A stretch of DNA of 64,000 nucleotides from an uncultured Spirochaetota bacterium (GTDB taxonomy: Bacteria; Spirochaetota; UBA4802; UBA5550). The first letter of the stretch is position 1. Each line of letters opens with the position of its first letter. The stretch is from positions 608,001 through 672,000 of the forward strand of contig CAWHAA010000005.1 of assembly GCA_963827275.1 (NCBI GenBank). Direction: 5' to 3'. The translations under genes were made by a program, and so were the position numbers. Under the pieces are notes generated by a model. It did no database searches, had not been told where the DNA came from, and saw only the letters and a list, made by a program, of their open reading frames with translations. Below, piece after piece: positions 31,167 to 41,327 of the stretch.

Positions 31167-32222
31167 CTAATAGTAGAAGACCAGCGCGGCCGCCTGTACC
31201 CCGGCCGCCGGGCAGGTATATACCGACAGGTTGCCGCGCGTGAGGCGCCCGTCTTTCCGTGCCCGGTCCATGCCCAGGGGCAGGCTGGCGGACGCGACAT
31301 TGCCGATCTCGGAGTAGAAGGACTTATATGAGTCGGGTATGCAGACATTGGACTTGCGAAGCATGGGCAGCACCATTTCATCGATCATGTTCCCGATATC
31401 ATGGATGAAGAGGCAATCATACCGGATATCTTTCCATTCATCGCCCTTCAGGACCCCGGTCACCAGGTCCATCATCTGCTTCAGGCCGCTGCGTATCAGC
31501 CGCGATGAATGCGAATGGAGGCGGTAGCGCTCGCCGATGCGGTAGTTCAGCCCGATATGGCAGGTGGCAAATTCACCGTCCGCCAGGCTGTAGAACGCGC
31601 GCATGTGCCGCGGGTCGGTCGCATACGGGGCCTCTCCGGTCCCCTGGAGGATCATGGCCCCGGCGCCGTCACCGATGGTGAGCGAGCCGAATTTCCAGGC
31701 AAGCTCTTCCACCGTCTTGCACGTATAATCGGCCCAGTCGAAGGTGCGCTCCCCCGCGACGACCATGACGGTGCGGTACTTGTCGGTCTTTATCAGCGCA
31801 TCGGCGATCTCCATGGACTTGACAAAGCTCGTGCACGCGTCCTGCGTATCGATCACATTGGCGCGCGTCGCACCGATCTCGAACTTCAGAACATGGCCGG
31901 TGGCCGGCTCGATGAAGGCCTTGGACATGCCGGTATAGATGATCAGGTCGATATCGGTCGCCGGTATACCCGCATCGTCCAGCGCGCGTTGTGCGGCGAC
32001 CCGGGCCATATCAGGTCCGTATTCATCGGGGCGGCACCAGCGGCGGGTGACGTTTCCGGCCTTCACCAGCTTGGCGCGGGCCTTGTCGAGCAGTGTTTTA
32101 AGCTCTTCGGGAGAGAGGTAGCCGGCGCTTTTCACGCGCAATAATTCCAGCACGTCATCGTTCGTGATTACACGCTCGGGGAGATAGGTCCCCAGGCCTA
32201 TTATTTTCGTAGCCGGTGTCAT
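31167..32222 (-). CDS. KAS III / OleA-like condensing enzyme
   Basis: EPAT, DACTSF (catalytic Cys), GDGAGA, IH, GNVASASLP. Confidence 0.85.
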   Translation of the reverse strand: MTPATKIIGLGTYLPERVITNDDVLELLRVKSAGYLSPEELKTLLDKARAKLVKAGNVTRRWCRPDEYGPDMARVAAQRALDDAGIPATDIDLIIYTGMSKAFIEPATGHVLKFEIGATRANVIDTQDACTSFVKSMEIADALIKTDKYRTVMVVAGERTFDWADYTCKTVEELAWKFGSLTIGDGAGAMILQGTGEAPYATDPRHMRAFYSLADGEFATCHIGLNYRIGERYRLHSHSSRLIRSGLKQMMDLVTGVLKGDEWKDIRYDCLFIHDIGNMIDEMVLPMLRKSNVCIPDSYKSFYSEIGNVASASLPLGMDRARKDGRLTRGNLSVYTCPAAGVQAAALVFYY

Positions 32223-32386
32223 TGTCGCTCAAGCTCCATGGACGGCATGGCGGGAATAACGGCGAATGAGGGCATTCACCCGGGCGCGACCGCGCCGATA
32301 ACCGCAGGCCTGTCAAACGTTGTGAATTTCCGGATATTGAAAAATCAGGGTGAAAAATGTCAATAAAAATTACCGCACAACCGGGT

Positions 32387-34621
32387 TTATTTTCCTCCCG
32401 GGGTGATATACATAGTGTATATGCCGCGTAGATTGTGAAAGCCGAAGGTGCCGGCGCGGTCCCTGTCGCCATAATAAAATTCCGAGTTTGGGTCCGTCGA
32501 ATAGGCATAGTTCATGAAAACGAGGGATTCCTCTATGCCGAAAAGCCCCGCAAGCGACGTGGCCTCCACCGGCTTCAGGGCCGCCCCCAGCGATCCGCGA
32601 AAGAGGGTGTCCGAGCCCCCGTCGAGCGGGAGGTCGTCGAGAACCGCGTCGGCGCCCGGGACGGTAAAGCGGCCGCGATGCAGGTTGCCCCACGTCCAGT
32701 CGTTAATGTCCGGGCCCAGGCTCCGGTTGAAAAAACGCATGGTGTTGAGGAAGGCGCGGTCAAAAATGGCGTCCCGGTGCTCGACCTTGTAGGTGGAACT
32801 GTCGTCAAAGGCGGACGATTTATTCTCCTTGATGAGCGTGAAAAACCCCGGCGCCAGCAGGTCCCAGTGCGCCAGGACGCCGTCGGTCCGGTCCCGCAGC
32901 TCGTCGGCGAAGGTCTCGTACATGAACCGCTGCAGCAGGATGTGGAAAATCGACGGGCCGTTGAAATCAGACTTCAGCTGGTATTTCCAGTTCTGGAAAT
33001 AGACGCGCGTCAGCCGCGTCGACGCCATCGGGTTGTCACCCAGGGTCACGAGGAACTCGGGGAGGAACATGCGGGCGATGGTAGAGCTCCTGTCCATCAG
33101 CACGTTCATGACATCCTCGTTGGTGAAGCGCTTTTTTTTGTCCAGCATCTTCGCAAGGCGCAGGTGGCGCAATTCATTGGGCAGCGCCCTTTCCCGCGCC
33201 GGGAGAGGCGCGTCTGAAACGAACGAGCTGCCTGCTGTCCGCGCCCCCCCGCCGCCGGCCGCGTCAGGCAGAAGGGAGAGGTCCATCAGTACCGCCCGGG
33301 CCGGGTCATGGCCGCTCAGCAGCATGGCGTCGGTCTTCTTCCCAACCGGCACCATGCCGGACCACGCTCTGCGCGCCTCCATGTCCGAGGAGAAGAGGTA
33401 CACCCGGGGGAGCGACACCACCCCCCTGACGCGGGCCCCCGCCTCCGCGATCGTCCGTGAAAGGGGCACCTCGAACAGGGACGCGACATACTCGGGACCG
33501 AAAAAAACCGAGCGCACCGTGACCACCGACGAGCCGTACTCGGGCGCGTCGAAGATGTCGTTGAGCACCGGCCCGTTCTCGGTGGCGTGGACCGGCGCCC
33601 CGCCGTCCCCGCCGGGCACAATTTCAAAATCGCGCCAGCCCGCCGCGCCGAGGTACTGGTATGTCGCGCCGGTCCTGATGATCGTCTCCGCGACAAGGTC
33701 CTGCGCGTCGATGTTCGCCGAAAATCCGTAGAAGGAGAGGTCAAGGTTGTTTCCCGCGAAGATGAAGGGGAGCCCCGCGTGAGTGATCCCCTTGATGATG
33801 CGGCCGCCGCAGTGAACATGCACCGGGTACCAGCCCGGATATACCGAGAGCATGTCCTCGAAGCTGTAGGCGGTCACCGGGTAGTTGTCCCTGATCTTCT
33901 GCGCCGGCAGGTAGAAGGCGTAGCCGCGGTCAAAGATCCCCGCGTGGTTCCGGACGAGCTCCTGCGCCTTCCTGACCGCCTCGACGCTGTCCGACTCGCT
34001 TTCGTCGTAGTAGTGGATGAGGCCTTCCGGGATGATGTCTCTGATGCCGCCGACGGCGGACCCGCGCTCGAACGCGAAGAGCGCCTCCCTGTTGTTGAGG
34101 AAGGCGTTGCACCATTCCCGAAGCGCCAGCACGGCAAGTATGTCCGCGGCATCCCAGTCGCGCGGCACCGCATCGGAAAGCTTCAGGCGCCGGCGCGCCT
34201 CGTTCACGCCGCGCGCGTACTCCCCGAGGTAGCCGGCATAGGGCTCTCTGACCCGTCCCGCGAGGTCGCGCGCCCTGCGCGCGAAGCCGACAGCCCGCGA
34301 CAGGCGGTCAAGCGCCCGCCCCTCCTTCCCGAGGATGCCGGCCGAAGACCCTGCCGCCATCGCCCTGAAATATTCCATCATGGCATAGCGGTCCTGGGCA
34401 TGCAAAAAGCCGAGGCCGAAATACGCGTCTTCGAAGCCCTTCGCAGTGATGACGGGGGTCCCGCTGCTGTCGCGCTCGAGCATGACCCTGTCCCTGACGC
34501 CCGCGGCAAAGGAGCCGCTATAGGAGATCCTGCCGGAATAATGGATGAATGAAAGCACGCCGGCAACGCAGGCCGCCGCCGCTGCGAGGGATATTCCGGC
34601 GATGACGATTTTTTTCTTCAT
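32387..34621 (-). CDS. Penicillin acylase (Ntn hydrolase) family protein, divergent
   Basis: RDSSGTPVI.A, YFGLGFLHAQDR, HATENGPV, W.WG.LH; no SNxW nucleophile motif visible. Confidence 0.75.
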   Translation of the reverse strand: MKKKIVIAGISLAAAAACVAGVLSFIHYSGRISYSGSFAAGVRDRVMLERDSSGTPVITAKGFEDAYFGLGFLHAQDRYAMMEYFRAMAAGSSAGILGKEGRALDRLSRAVGFARRARDLAGRVREPYAGYLGEYARGVNEARRRLKLSDAVPRDWDAADILAVLALREWCNAFLNNREALFAFERGSAVGGIRDIIPEGLIHYYDESESDSVEAVRKAQELVRNHAGIFDRGYAFYLPAQKIRDNYPVTAYSFEDMLSVYPGWYPVHVHCGGRIIKGITHAGLPFIFAGNNLDLSFYGFSANIDAQDLVAETIIRTGATYQYLGAAGWRDFEIVPGGDGGAPVHATENGPVLNDIFDAPEYGSSVVTVRSVFFGPEYVASLFEVPLSRTIAEAGARVRGVVSLPRVYLFSSDMEARRAWSGMVPVGKKTDAMLLSGHDPARAVLMDLSLLPDAAGGGGARTAGSSFVSDAPLPARERALPNELRHLRLAKMLDKKKRFTNEDVMNVLMDRSSTIARMFLPEFLVTLGDNPMASTRLTRVYFQNWKYQLKSDFNGPSIFHILLQRFMYETFADELRDRTDGVLAHWDLLAPGFFTLIKENKSSAFDDSSTYKVEHRDAIFDRAFLNTMRFFNRSLGPDINDWTWGNLHRGRFTVPGADAVLDDLPLDGGSDTLFRGSLGAALKPVEATSLAGLFGIEESLVFMNYAYSTDPNSEFYYGDRDRAGTFGFHNLRGIYTMYITPGGK

Positions 34622-34665
34622 GGTGTAACGCTGCGGCCCGTGCCGGGGGGCCATCACGCCGGCGG

Positions 34666-35091
34666 TCACCGGGGCGTAATGGTCGCCTTGACGACCTCAA
34701 GCCTGGTATAGTAGTCATCGATGAGAGAGAAGAACCTGCCGAAATCGCCGACCGCGTTGATCCTGGATTTCGCCTTGACCAGCCCGGCAACGGTCTTCAC
34801 GTCCTTCGAGTATATATGGCATTCCACGAGGCCCTTCTTCGTCAGCACGTCCGCGATCACGCAGAAATCATAGTCGATATTGGTTGAAACAACCACGTCC
34901 TTCACGGTCAGGCCGTAGAGGTGCACCTCGCGCTTCCCGAGCTCCTCGTTGATCAGGAACTTCATGGCCGGGTTGTCGGCCAGCTCCATCCTCGCCTTCT
35001 CCTCGACCACGCTTTCGATCAAAATAGGCTCCTTGACACACGAGGTAAGGGCGATAACGCCGATCAGCAGTGATAACAGCCACTTCTTCAT
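34666..35091 (-). CDS. Lipoprotein of unknown function
   Basis: MKKWLLSLLIGVIALTSC lipobox; AGGAG RBS. Confidence 0.75.
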   Translation of the reverse strand: MKKWLLSLLIGVIALTSCVKEPILIESVVEEKARMELADNPAMKFLINEELGKREVHLYGLTVKDVVVSTNIDYDFCVIADVLTKKGLVECHIYSKDVKTVAGLVKAKSRINAVGDFGRFFSLIDDYYTRLEVVKATITPR

Positions 35092-35227
35092 CTTGGAACT
35101 CCTGCAGTGGGATTGGCCGGCGCGCGCTGCTCCCCGGCGCCGGAAGGGCGCCGGACGGTCTGCCGGCCACGATCGATATTCGTATTAATTCGGGTTTTTT
35201 GTCAAATACATATTTCCCCCCCGCGGG

Positions 35228-37336
35228 TCACGCGGGGCCGAACCGCTTGACCATCACGATAATGTTGCCGCTATCGTTGAAGGTGACTTCGTCAAACGCG
35301 TGCCTGATCATGAGCAGGCCCCGGCCGTGCATGAGCAGGCTGTTGTCGGGGCCCGCCGGGTCCCCGGAGAGCATGGCCCGGTGGTCAAAGCCGTTCCCCT
35401 CGTCGGCCACCAGGTAGGTCACGTGGTCCGCGTCGAGCGAGCATTCAACGTGCACCTTCCTCCCGCTGAAGGCCGGGTCCTTCTGGCGTTTTTTCACGAG
35501 ATCAAAATACCCGCCGGAGAGCTGCGACGCCGTCTTCTCCTCGAAGCTGAGGCCGAGGTTGCCGTGCTCGATGGCGTTGATGATCGCCTCGCGGAGCGCG
35601 ATCCTGATGTCGGATATCGGCCCCGGGTCCATGTAGCGTCCCAGGTTCCGCACCATGCGCTGGCTCATGAGCTCGGCGTTGCCGATATAGTTGTTGATGT
35701 CATACTCGTACCGTTCGGTCGCCAGGAAGGGCGTGAGCGCGTCATCGATAACCGGGGAGGCCTTCCCGAGGATGACGTACCCGGGGTTCCCCTCCTTCTT
35801 GTATTCCAGGGTCACCAGCATCTCCTTCGGCTCATGGCTGTATTTATCGTTCAGGGTCGAGAGGAACTGGACGCTCCCCTTCTTTTTTTTCTTGAGCGCC
35901 GTTATGTATTCCAGCACGATCTGCTGGTTGATGTTGAAGCGGTTTTCCTCGATATTGCTGAAAAGGTCGGGAAAGTTCGCGTCCAGGACCTCGTCCGGCT
36001 TGTACCCGAGATGGTACCGCACCGACCTGTTCATGCTGTGGATATTGTTTTTATCATCGAGCGTGAAGATAATATCGTCGGTGCTTTCCACGAGGTGCCG
36101 GTACCTGACCTCACCGCGGAGGATCATGCTCTTCATGCTGTTGATCTTGTCCGCCATGGCAAACGAGAGCATGACGATCGCCGTTGACGAAGCGATCGGC
36201 AGCGCCCAGCGGGCGACAAAGCCGGAATGGATGACCCCCAGTATGCTGAGAATCACGACCGGGACAGAGAGCGCGAAGAGCGAAAAGGCCAGCAGCGCGA
36301 ACCTGGCCTGGCGCGCTACCGGCGCCGGCCGGTCAATGAAACCGAGGTATATCCCGAACAGCACAAACCCGAGCGTCGCGACAACGGCGTCGAAATACAT
36401 GAGGAGCAGGCTTGTCCTGGCATCGATAACGACCGAAAGCGCCATGACCAGCAGTGACGATGCCACTATGAAGAGCAGGAACAGCAGGAACCTCCTGTAA
36501 TAGCGATGGTCTTTTTCAAACTGCGCGAAATCGAACATGAAGAGGCTGAGGCTTATGATCGTCATGCCGCCGACCATCGGGTTCACGAGCCGCTGCAGCC
36601 ATATCGAGCCGGGCCAGAGGTACTGGAACGCGAAGCCCTTGAAGGCGAACTCCAGCAGTCCGTACGTCATGATAAAGCAGGCGAGATAGAAATGCCCGAT
36701 CATACGGGAGGAGATGAAAAACATGAAATTATAGAGCGCCATGGCCAGGAGAAGGCCGAAAAACAGCCAGTATGCGGGGAGTTCCCCCCTCATGCGGTCC
36801 ACGTAGGCGTCCCGGGTAAGCATGTTGAGATGAAATCCCATGGAGCTGAGCGACGTGACCCGGAGGTAGCAGGTCATGGGGCCCGGCTTCTGGGTCACCG
36901 GGAAGAGGAAGGTCGTGTCCTTGATCTCCCGGTGATGAAACGGCAGGGTATCGCCGCCCCTCTTCACGGTATAGCCGCCCGACGCGCCCGGCACATACAG
37001 CTCCATCATGTCAATGGTCGGGGAATCGACCTCGCAGAGCCAGGGGAACGTTCTTCCCGTCCTGTTGTCCACGGTGAACCGGAACCAGATCCGGGCGGTG
37101 GTGTGGCCGAAGTTCACATAGCCCGACCGGTGCCTGGTCCATGCATGCGGTCCGCCGCCCATGACATCGGCCGGCGCAAGGCTGTTGCGGACGTCCCTGA
37201 GATACTCGATATCGCCGCTGATATTCCTGATGGTCAGGGCATCGTCGAGGATTATCGCCGGGGCCGCCGACGAGGCCATGGCCCGGCCCGCGGGCAGGAG
37301 CAGCATAGCTGTCAATATCAACGCGCGCGTTTTCAT
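35228..37336 (-). CDS. 7TMR-DISMED2 / 7TM-DISM / PAS / RsbW-like HATPase sensor
   Basis: NFG.T...WFRF, GD.LPF..R, FFGLL.AMALYN, QYLWP; PAS YRHLVESTDDIIFTLD; EAIINAIEHGN, HGRG. Confidence 0.85.
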   Translation of the reverse strand: MKTRALILTAMLLLPAGRAMASSAAPAIILDDALTIRNISGDIEYLRDVRNSLAPADVMGGGPHAWTRHRSGYVNFGHTTARIWFRFTVDNRTGRTFPWLCEVDSPTIDMMELYVPGASGGYTVKRGGDTLPFHHREIKDTTFLFPVTQKPGPMTCYLRVTSLSSMGFHLNMLTRDAYVDRMRGELPAYWLFFGLLLAMALYNFMFFISSRMIGHFYLACFIMTYGLLEFAFKGFAFQYLWPGSIWLQRLVNPMVGGMTIISLSLFMFDFAQFEKDHRYYRRFLLFLLFIVASSLLVMALSVVIDARTSLLLMYFDAVVATLGFVLFGIYLGFIDRPAPVARQARFALLAFSLFALSVPVVILSILGVIHSGFVARWALPIASSTAIVMLSFAMADKINSMKSMILRGEVRYRHLVESTDDIIFTLDDKNNIHSMNRSVRYHLGYKPDEVLDANFPDLFSNIEENRFNINQQIVLEYITALKKKKKGSVQFLSTLNDKYSHEPKEMLVTLEYKKEGNPGYVILGKASPVIDDALTPFLATERYEYDINNYIGNAELMSQRMVRNLGRYMDPGPISDIRIALREAIINAIEHGNLGLSFEEKTASQLSGGYFDLVKKRQKDPAFSGRKVHVECSLDADHVTYLVADEGNGFDHRAMLSGDPAGPDNSLLMHGRGLLMIRHAFDEVTFNDSGNIIVMVKRFGPA

Positions 37337-37406
37337 GTATGGCGGAAATACTAGCATATCAGCCGGAGTTTGTCAATACAAAGAGGATTGCGGGACGGGG
37401 TACGCG

Positions 37407-37601
37407 TTATTTCGAACAGCGCACAAACCGCGCGACCGACCGGTCATAGGTCCGCTCGACCTCGTCGGGGAAAAAGCAGGCGGGGAGCTCGTTGGCCCTT
37501 CTGTGGTACTGGACGCACTCGCAGCACCGCCCCTTCCTGCTGCACGGCTCGTAGGTGCAGTTGCAGAAGGAGCTGTTTTTTTGCAGATTGTCACACGCCA
37601 T
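37407..37601 (-). CDS. Small Cys-rich protein (DUF6485-like)
   Basis: [21 protein letters not shown]...ELPACFF; AGGAGG RBS. Confidence 0.8.
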   Translation of the reverse strand: MACDNLQKNSSFCNCTYEPCSRKGRCCECVQYHRRANELPACFFPDEVERTYDRSVARFVRCSK

Positions 37602-37637
37602 ATGGCGCCTCCTGTGGGTACGGTGCCGCGGAACGGC

Positions 37638-38456
37638 CTATATCACGATGAGGAACCTGCCGCAGTGGTTGCACACGGCGATCTCCTTCGATTCCTTGAT
37701 CTGCGCCATGTAGTAGGGCGCCAGGTCCATGTGGCAGCCCGAGCAGCTGTTCTTCTCGAGTATGGCGAAGGGGCTGAGGTTCCTCTTCCTCATCTTTTCG
37801 TAGTAGGCCAGGGACTTGCGGTCCACTATTTTTCTCAGCTCCTCGATCTTGTTTTTAATCTTGTCCGACGCCTCACCCTCGTCGATGAGCTGGTTCAGCC
37901 GGTCAAGGCGGACCAGAAGGTCGAGGTTGTACGACGGGATACCGCCAAGCCCGTCGGTGTGCGCCTTCTTGGGGCTGCTCTTGTCCGAGAGGCTTGCGAA
38001 GTAGAGATCGGCGTTTTTTTTGAGCGCGCTGTACGCCTGGACCCTGGTCTTCGCGCCGTCCAGCGACTTTTTCCTCTCCTCGTCCGCAAAAATCCACGAC
38101 ACCATCCCCACCAGGTAGAGGTACTTGGTGCCCATCTCCGTGGGGACGATGTTCAGCAGCAGGTAGCGGACCGGGAGGTTGTCGTACGAATGGTACTCGA
38201 TGTCCTCCTTCGAGATGGCGAAGATGGAGACCAGTTCCTTCACCGAGTCGGTCCGGATGTGGGGTATGGCGAGTCCCCGCCCGATGCCGGTGTTCTCCAG
38301 GGATTCACGGTGCATTATCTGCGCGTAATACCTGCCGGCATCGTCGATCTTTTTCAATTCCTCGAGCTTGGTCAGCAATTCCTTTATCACGAGCTGTTTT
38401 TCAGCGGTTTTGGTGTACACCAGTTGATCTTTGGGGATAAAGCTTTCTATATTCAT
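37638..38456 (-). CDS. PTS EIIA domain fused to a C4-type zinc ribbon
   Basis: RESLENTGIGRGLAIPH (EIIA phospho-His); C-terminal CSGCHM...CNHCGRFL. Confidence 0.85.
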   Translation of the reverse strand: MNIESFIPKDQLVYTKTAEKQLVIKELLTKLEELKKIDDAGRYYAQIMHRESLENTGIGRGLAIPHIRTDSVKELVSIFAISKEDIEYHSYDNLPVRYLLLNIVPTEMGTKYLYLVGMVSWIFADEERKKSLDGAKTRVQAYSALKKNADLYFASLSDKSSPKKAHTDGLGGIPSYNLDLLVRLDRLNQLIDEGEASDKIKNKIEELRKIVDRKSLAYYEKMRKRNLSPFAILEKNSCSGCHMDLAPYYMAQIKESKEIAVCNHCGRFLIVI

Positions 38457-38628
38457 CGTGGCCCTCTGTTAATCATGCAAGAATCAGCATAAATCATGTA
38501 TCACATCTACCCCGCGGGCAAATCTGTCAATAAAACATAATAATACGGCAAAAAAAATTTACTTGAAAAACTCTACAATCTTTGAATAATGACTTGCCAT
38601 ATACCACCCGGAACAGAAATTATACGGC

Positions 38629-38994
38629 ATGGCACGAAACGTAAAATCAGCGGAAGACAACATCGTCAACAGCATCATCGGCGAGGGCTCCAATTTCAAG
38701 GGAGAATTCAACATCAACGGCCTGTTGCGGATCGACGGGCACTTCCAGGGCACCATTGAAACCGAGGGCAAGGTCCTCATCGGCCAGACGGGCGAGGCGA
38801 TCACCGACATCAAGGCGCGCATGGTGGTGGTGGGCGGCATGGTGCGCGGCAACATCTTCGCCACCGAGAAGGTCATTTTTCTTTCCACGGGGGTCATCAA
38901 CGGCAACATCATCACGCCGAGCCTCTTCATGGAAGAGGGCGTGAAGTTCGAGGGCAGCTGCACCATCAATAAACGACCGGACGAACTGCAATGA
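38629..38994 (+). CDS. Bactofilin (polymer-forming cytoskeletal protein)
   Basis: SIIGEGS.FKG, LRIDG, MEEGVKFEGSC. Confidence 0.92.
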   Translation: MARNVKSAEDNIVNSIIGEGSNFKGEFNINGLLRIDGHFQGTIETEGKVLIGQTGEAITDIKARMVVVGGMVRGNIFATEKVIFLSTGVINGNIITPSLFMEEGVKFEGSCTINKRPDELQ

Positions 38995-39437
38995 TAGAAA
39001 TAACCGGCGCGCGGACACGAAAGGACGAGAAGGAAAAGATCACGAAGAAATCCAGGCTCTCCTCTGTCAAGCACGGCGGCAAGACCTTCTCCGCAGAGCT
39101 CCACAAGACCATGGCCATGGAGTTCGAGGGCACCATCGACGAGCTCCTGGAGAGCCTCAGGGACCAGGAGAAGCAGTTCCTGGACAAGCAGACCGAATAC
39201 GAGATGAACCGCTACAAGGCGATCGTCCAGAAGATCCTCAAGTCGATACTCGCCGAGGCCCTCAAGGAAAAGACGATGAAGCCCAAGAAAAAGAACTGGG
39301 GCGACTACGTCATCATCGAAAAGATCAACGAGAAGCTGCTTGACATCACCGGCGCGATCACCCGCGGCAACAAGGCCTTCGACCTGCTGAAGACCGTCGA
39401 GGAGATACGCGGCCTGGTACTTGACCTGCTGTACTGA
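38991..39437 (+). CDS. YaaR/DUF327-family protein
   Basis: YKAIVQKIL, IIEKINEKL, EEIRGLVLDL; context upstream of holB. Confidence 0.82.
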   Translation: MIEITGARTRKDEKEKITKKSRLSSVKHGGKTFSAELHKTMAMEFEGTIDELLESLRDQEKQFLDKQTEYEMNRYKAIVQKILKSILAEALKEKTMKPKKKNWGDYVIIEKINEKLLDITGAITRGNKAFDLLKTVEEIRGLVLDLLY

Positions 39438-39449
39438 GCACGCCGCCCG

Positions 39450-40445
39450 ATGAACACCGCCGGCATTATCGGTCATTCCCATCAGCTGAAGATACTGGAG
39501 GTCCTCCGGCGGAACGGCGACGTCCCGCAGACGATGCTCTTCTCGGGCCGGCAGGGGATCGGGAAGAAGCTCATCGCGCGGCGGCTGCTCGCCTCCCTCT
39601 TCTGCGAGGACGGCAACCCGCCCTGCATGACCTGCCCCTCCTGCGTCCAGGCGGCGGGCGGCACCTTTCCCGACATCATCGAGATCGGCCCCAACGAGAA
39701 GGGGACCATCCCGATCGGCGACGCGGGCGAACCGGGGAGCGTGCGCTGGCTCATCGACCGGCTCTCGAAAAAATCGATCTGGGGGACCTACGGCGTGCTG
39801 ATCGACGGGGCGGAGGCGATACGGGCCGAGGGGCAGAACGCCCTGCTCAAGACGATCGAGGAGCCGCAGGCGGGGGCGCACATCATCATCATCACCGCGA
39901 ACCGCTCGCTCATCCTGCCGACCATCCTCTCGCGCTGCATGAACCTCCCCTTCGCGCCCCTGGCGCCGCCGGAGGTGAAGGAGGCGCTCGCCGCCGCGGG
40001 GGCCGGCGCCGCGGACCCCGACCTCATCGCGGAGCTTGCCGGCGGCTCGCTGGAGACCGCGCTGCTCCTGTCGGACGGGAGCGTCCTCGAGGGGATCGCC
40101 GGCATCTGCGGGGAGATCTCGGCGTATCTCGCCCGCGGGGAGAGCCTGCGGCTCGACCTGGCCCCCCTCCAGAAGAAAATCGGCATGGACCAGCTCCTTT
40201 CGGTCCTGCTCACGATATACCGCGCCATCCTGGGAACCGCCATAGCCGGCGGCACGCCGCGGCCGTTCCTGGCCGGTTTCAGCGTGGAGGAGCGGGAAAA
40301 GTTGACCAAATTAATAAAAATTCTGCTTGCCCTCAGAAAAGGGCTCGCGAATAATTTAAATATCCGTAACGCGCTGAAGGGAATGCTCTATTCAATTGAC
40401 AGCATGGGCAGCATCGGCCTGCCGGAGCTTGACGGTACGGAGTAA
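39450..40445 (+). CDS. holB: DNA polymerase III delta-prime subunit
   Basis: LFSGRQGIGK, PCMTCPSC, QNALLKTIEEP, LPTILSRC. Confidence 0.88.
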   Translation: MNTAGIIGHSHQLKILEVLRRNGDVPQTMLFSGRQGIGKKLIARRLLASLFCEDGNPPCMTCPSCVQAAGGTFPDIIEIGPNEKGTIPIGDAGEPGSVRWLIDRLSKKSIWGTYGVLIDGAEAIRAEGQNALLKTIEEPQAGAHIIIITANRSLILPTILSRCMNLPFAPLAPPEVKEALAAAGAGAADPDLIAELAGGSLETALLLSDGSVLEGIAGICGEISAYLARGESLRLDLAPLQKKIGMDQLLSVLLTIYRAILGTAIAGGTPRPFLAGFSVEEREKLTKLIKILLALRKGLANNLNIRNALKGMLYSIDSMGSIGLPELDGTE

Positions 40446-40455
40446 GGGAGCCTGA

Positions 40456-41324
40456 ATGGAAATATCAGCGGTAAAATTGCGCAACAGCTACCAGATAAAT
40501 TACGTCAACACCAACAACCTGTTCGTGAACCAGAACGCCCTGTGCGTGGTGGAGACCGAGCATGGCGTCGATATCGGCAACGTGTACAAGTGCCACAAGC
40601 ACCGCGAACGCGGAGGTCAAGGGCAAACTCCTGCGCCTGACCACCCCGGACGACCTGAAGCAGGTACCGGAGATCGAGGCGATCGAGAAGAGCGCGTTCG
40701 AGAAATGCCGGGAAAAGTCGAAGGCGAAGAACCTCGACATGAAGCTCATCTCGGTGAAGTGCCTGTTCGACCGCACGAAGATCATCTTCTACTTCGTGGC
40801 GGAGAACCGCATCGACTTCCGCGAGCTGGTGCGCGAGCTCGCCTCGATTTTCAGGACACGGATCGAGATGCGGCAGATCGGCGTGCAGGGACGAGGCGCG
40901 CCTCGTCGGCGGGTACGGGCCCTGCGGCAAGCAGCTCTGCTGCGTGCACCAGAGCGAGGAGTTCGAGCCCGTGTCGATCAAGATGGCGAAGGAGCAGAAC
41001 CTGAACCTGAACTCGCTCAAGATATCGGGGATGTGCGGCAGGCTCCTCTGCTGCCTGGGATACGAATACAAGCTCTACAAGGAGATAAACAAGGACATGC
41101 CCGATCCGGGAGCGCACATCCAGGCGGGCGAGAACACCTACGTCGTCACCGGCGTCGACACCCTCAAGGAATCGATCCGCATGAGGCACAAGGACCGCAA
41201 TGTCGAGATATTCAAATGCGACCTCGTGATCGAAGGCAACAAGTACTCACTGAAGCCCGAGGTCGTCACCAGGATCGAGACCGTCGAGGAAGATGTCCCG
41301 GAAGAGGATACGTATACTTTGTAA
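40456..41324 (+). CDS. PSP1/RicT (YaaT)-family protein; frameshifts near 40593 and 40887
   Basis: RIDFRELVRELA...RIEMRQIG, GPCG..LCC, KMAKEQNL.LN..KISG.CGRLLCCL.YE spread over three frames. Confidence 0.85.
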
Positions 41325-41327
41325 ACG

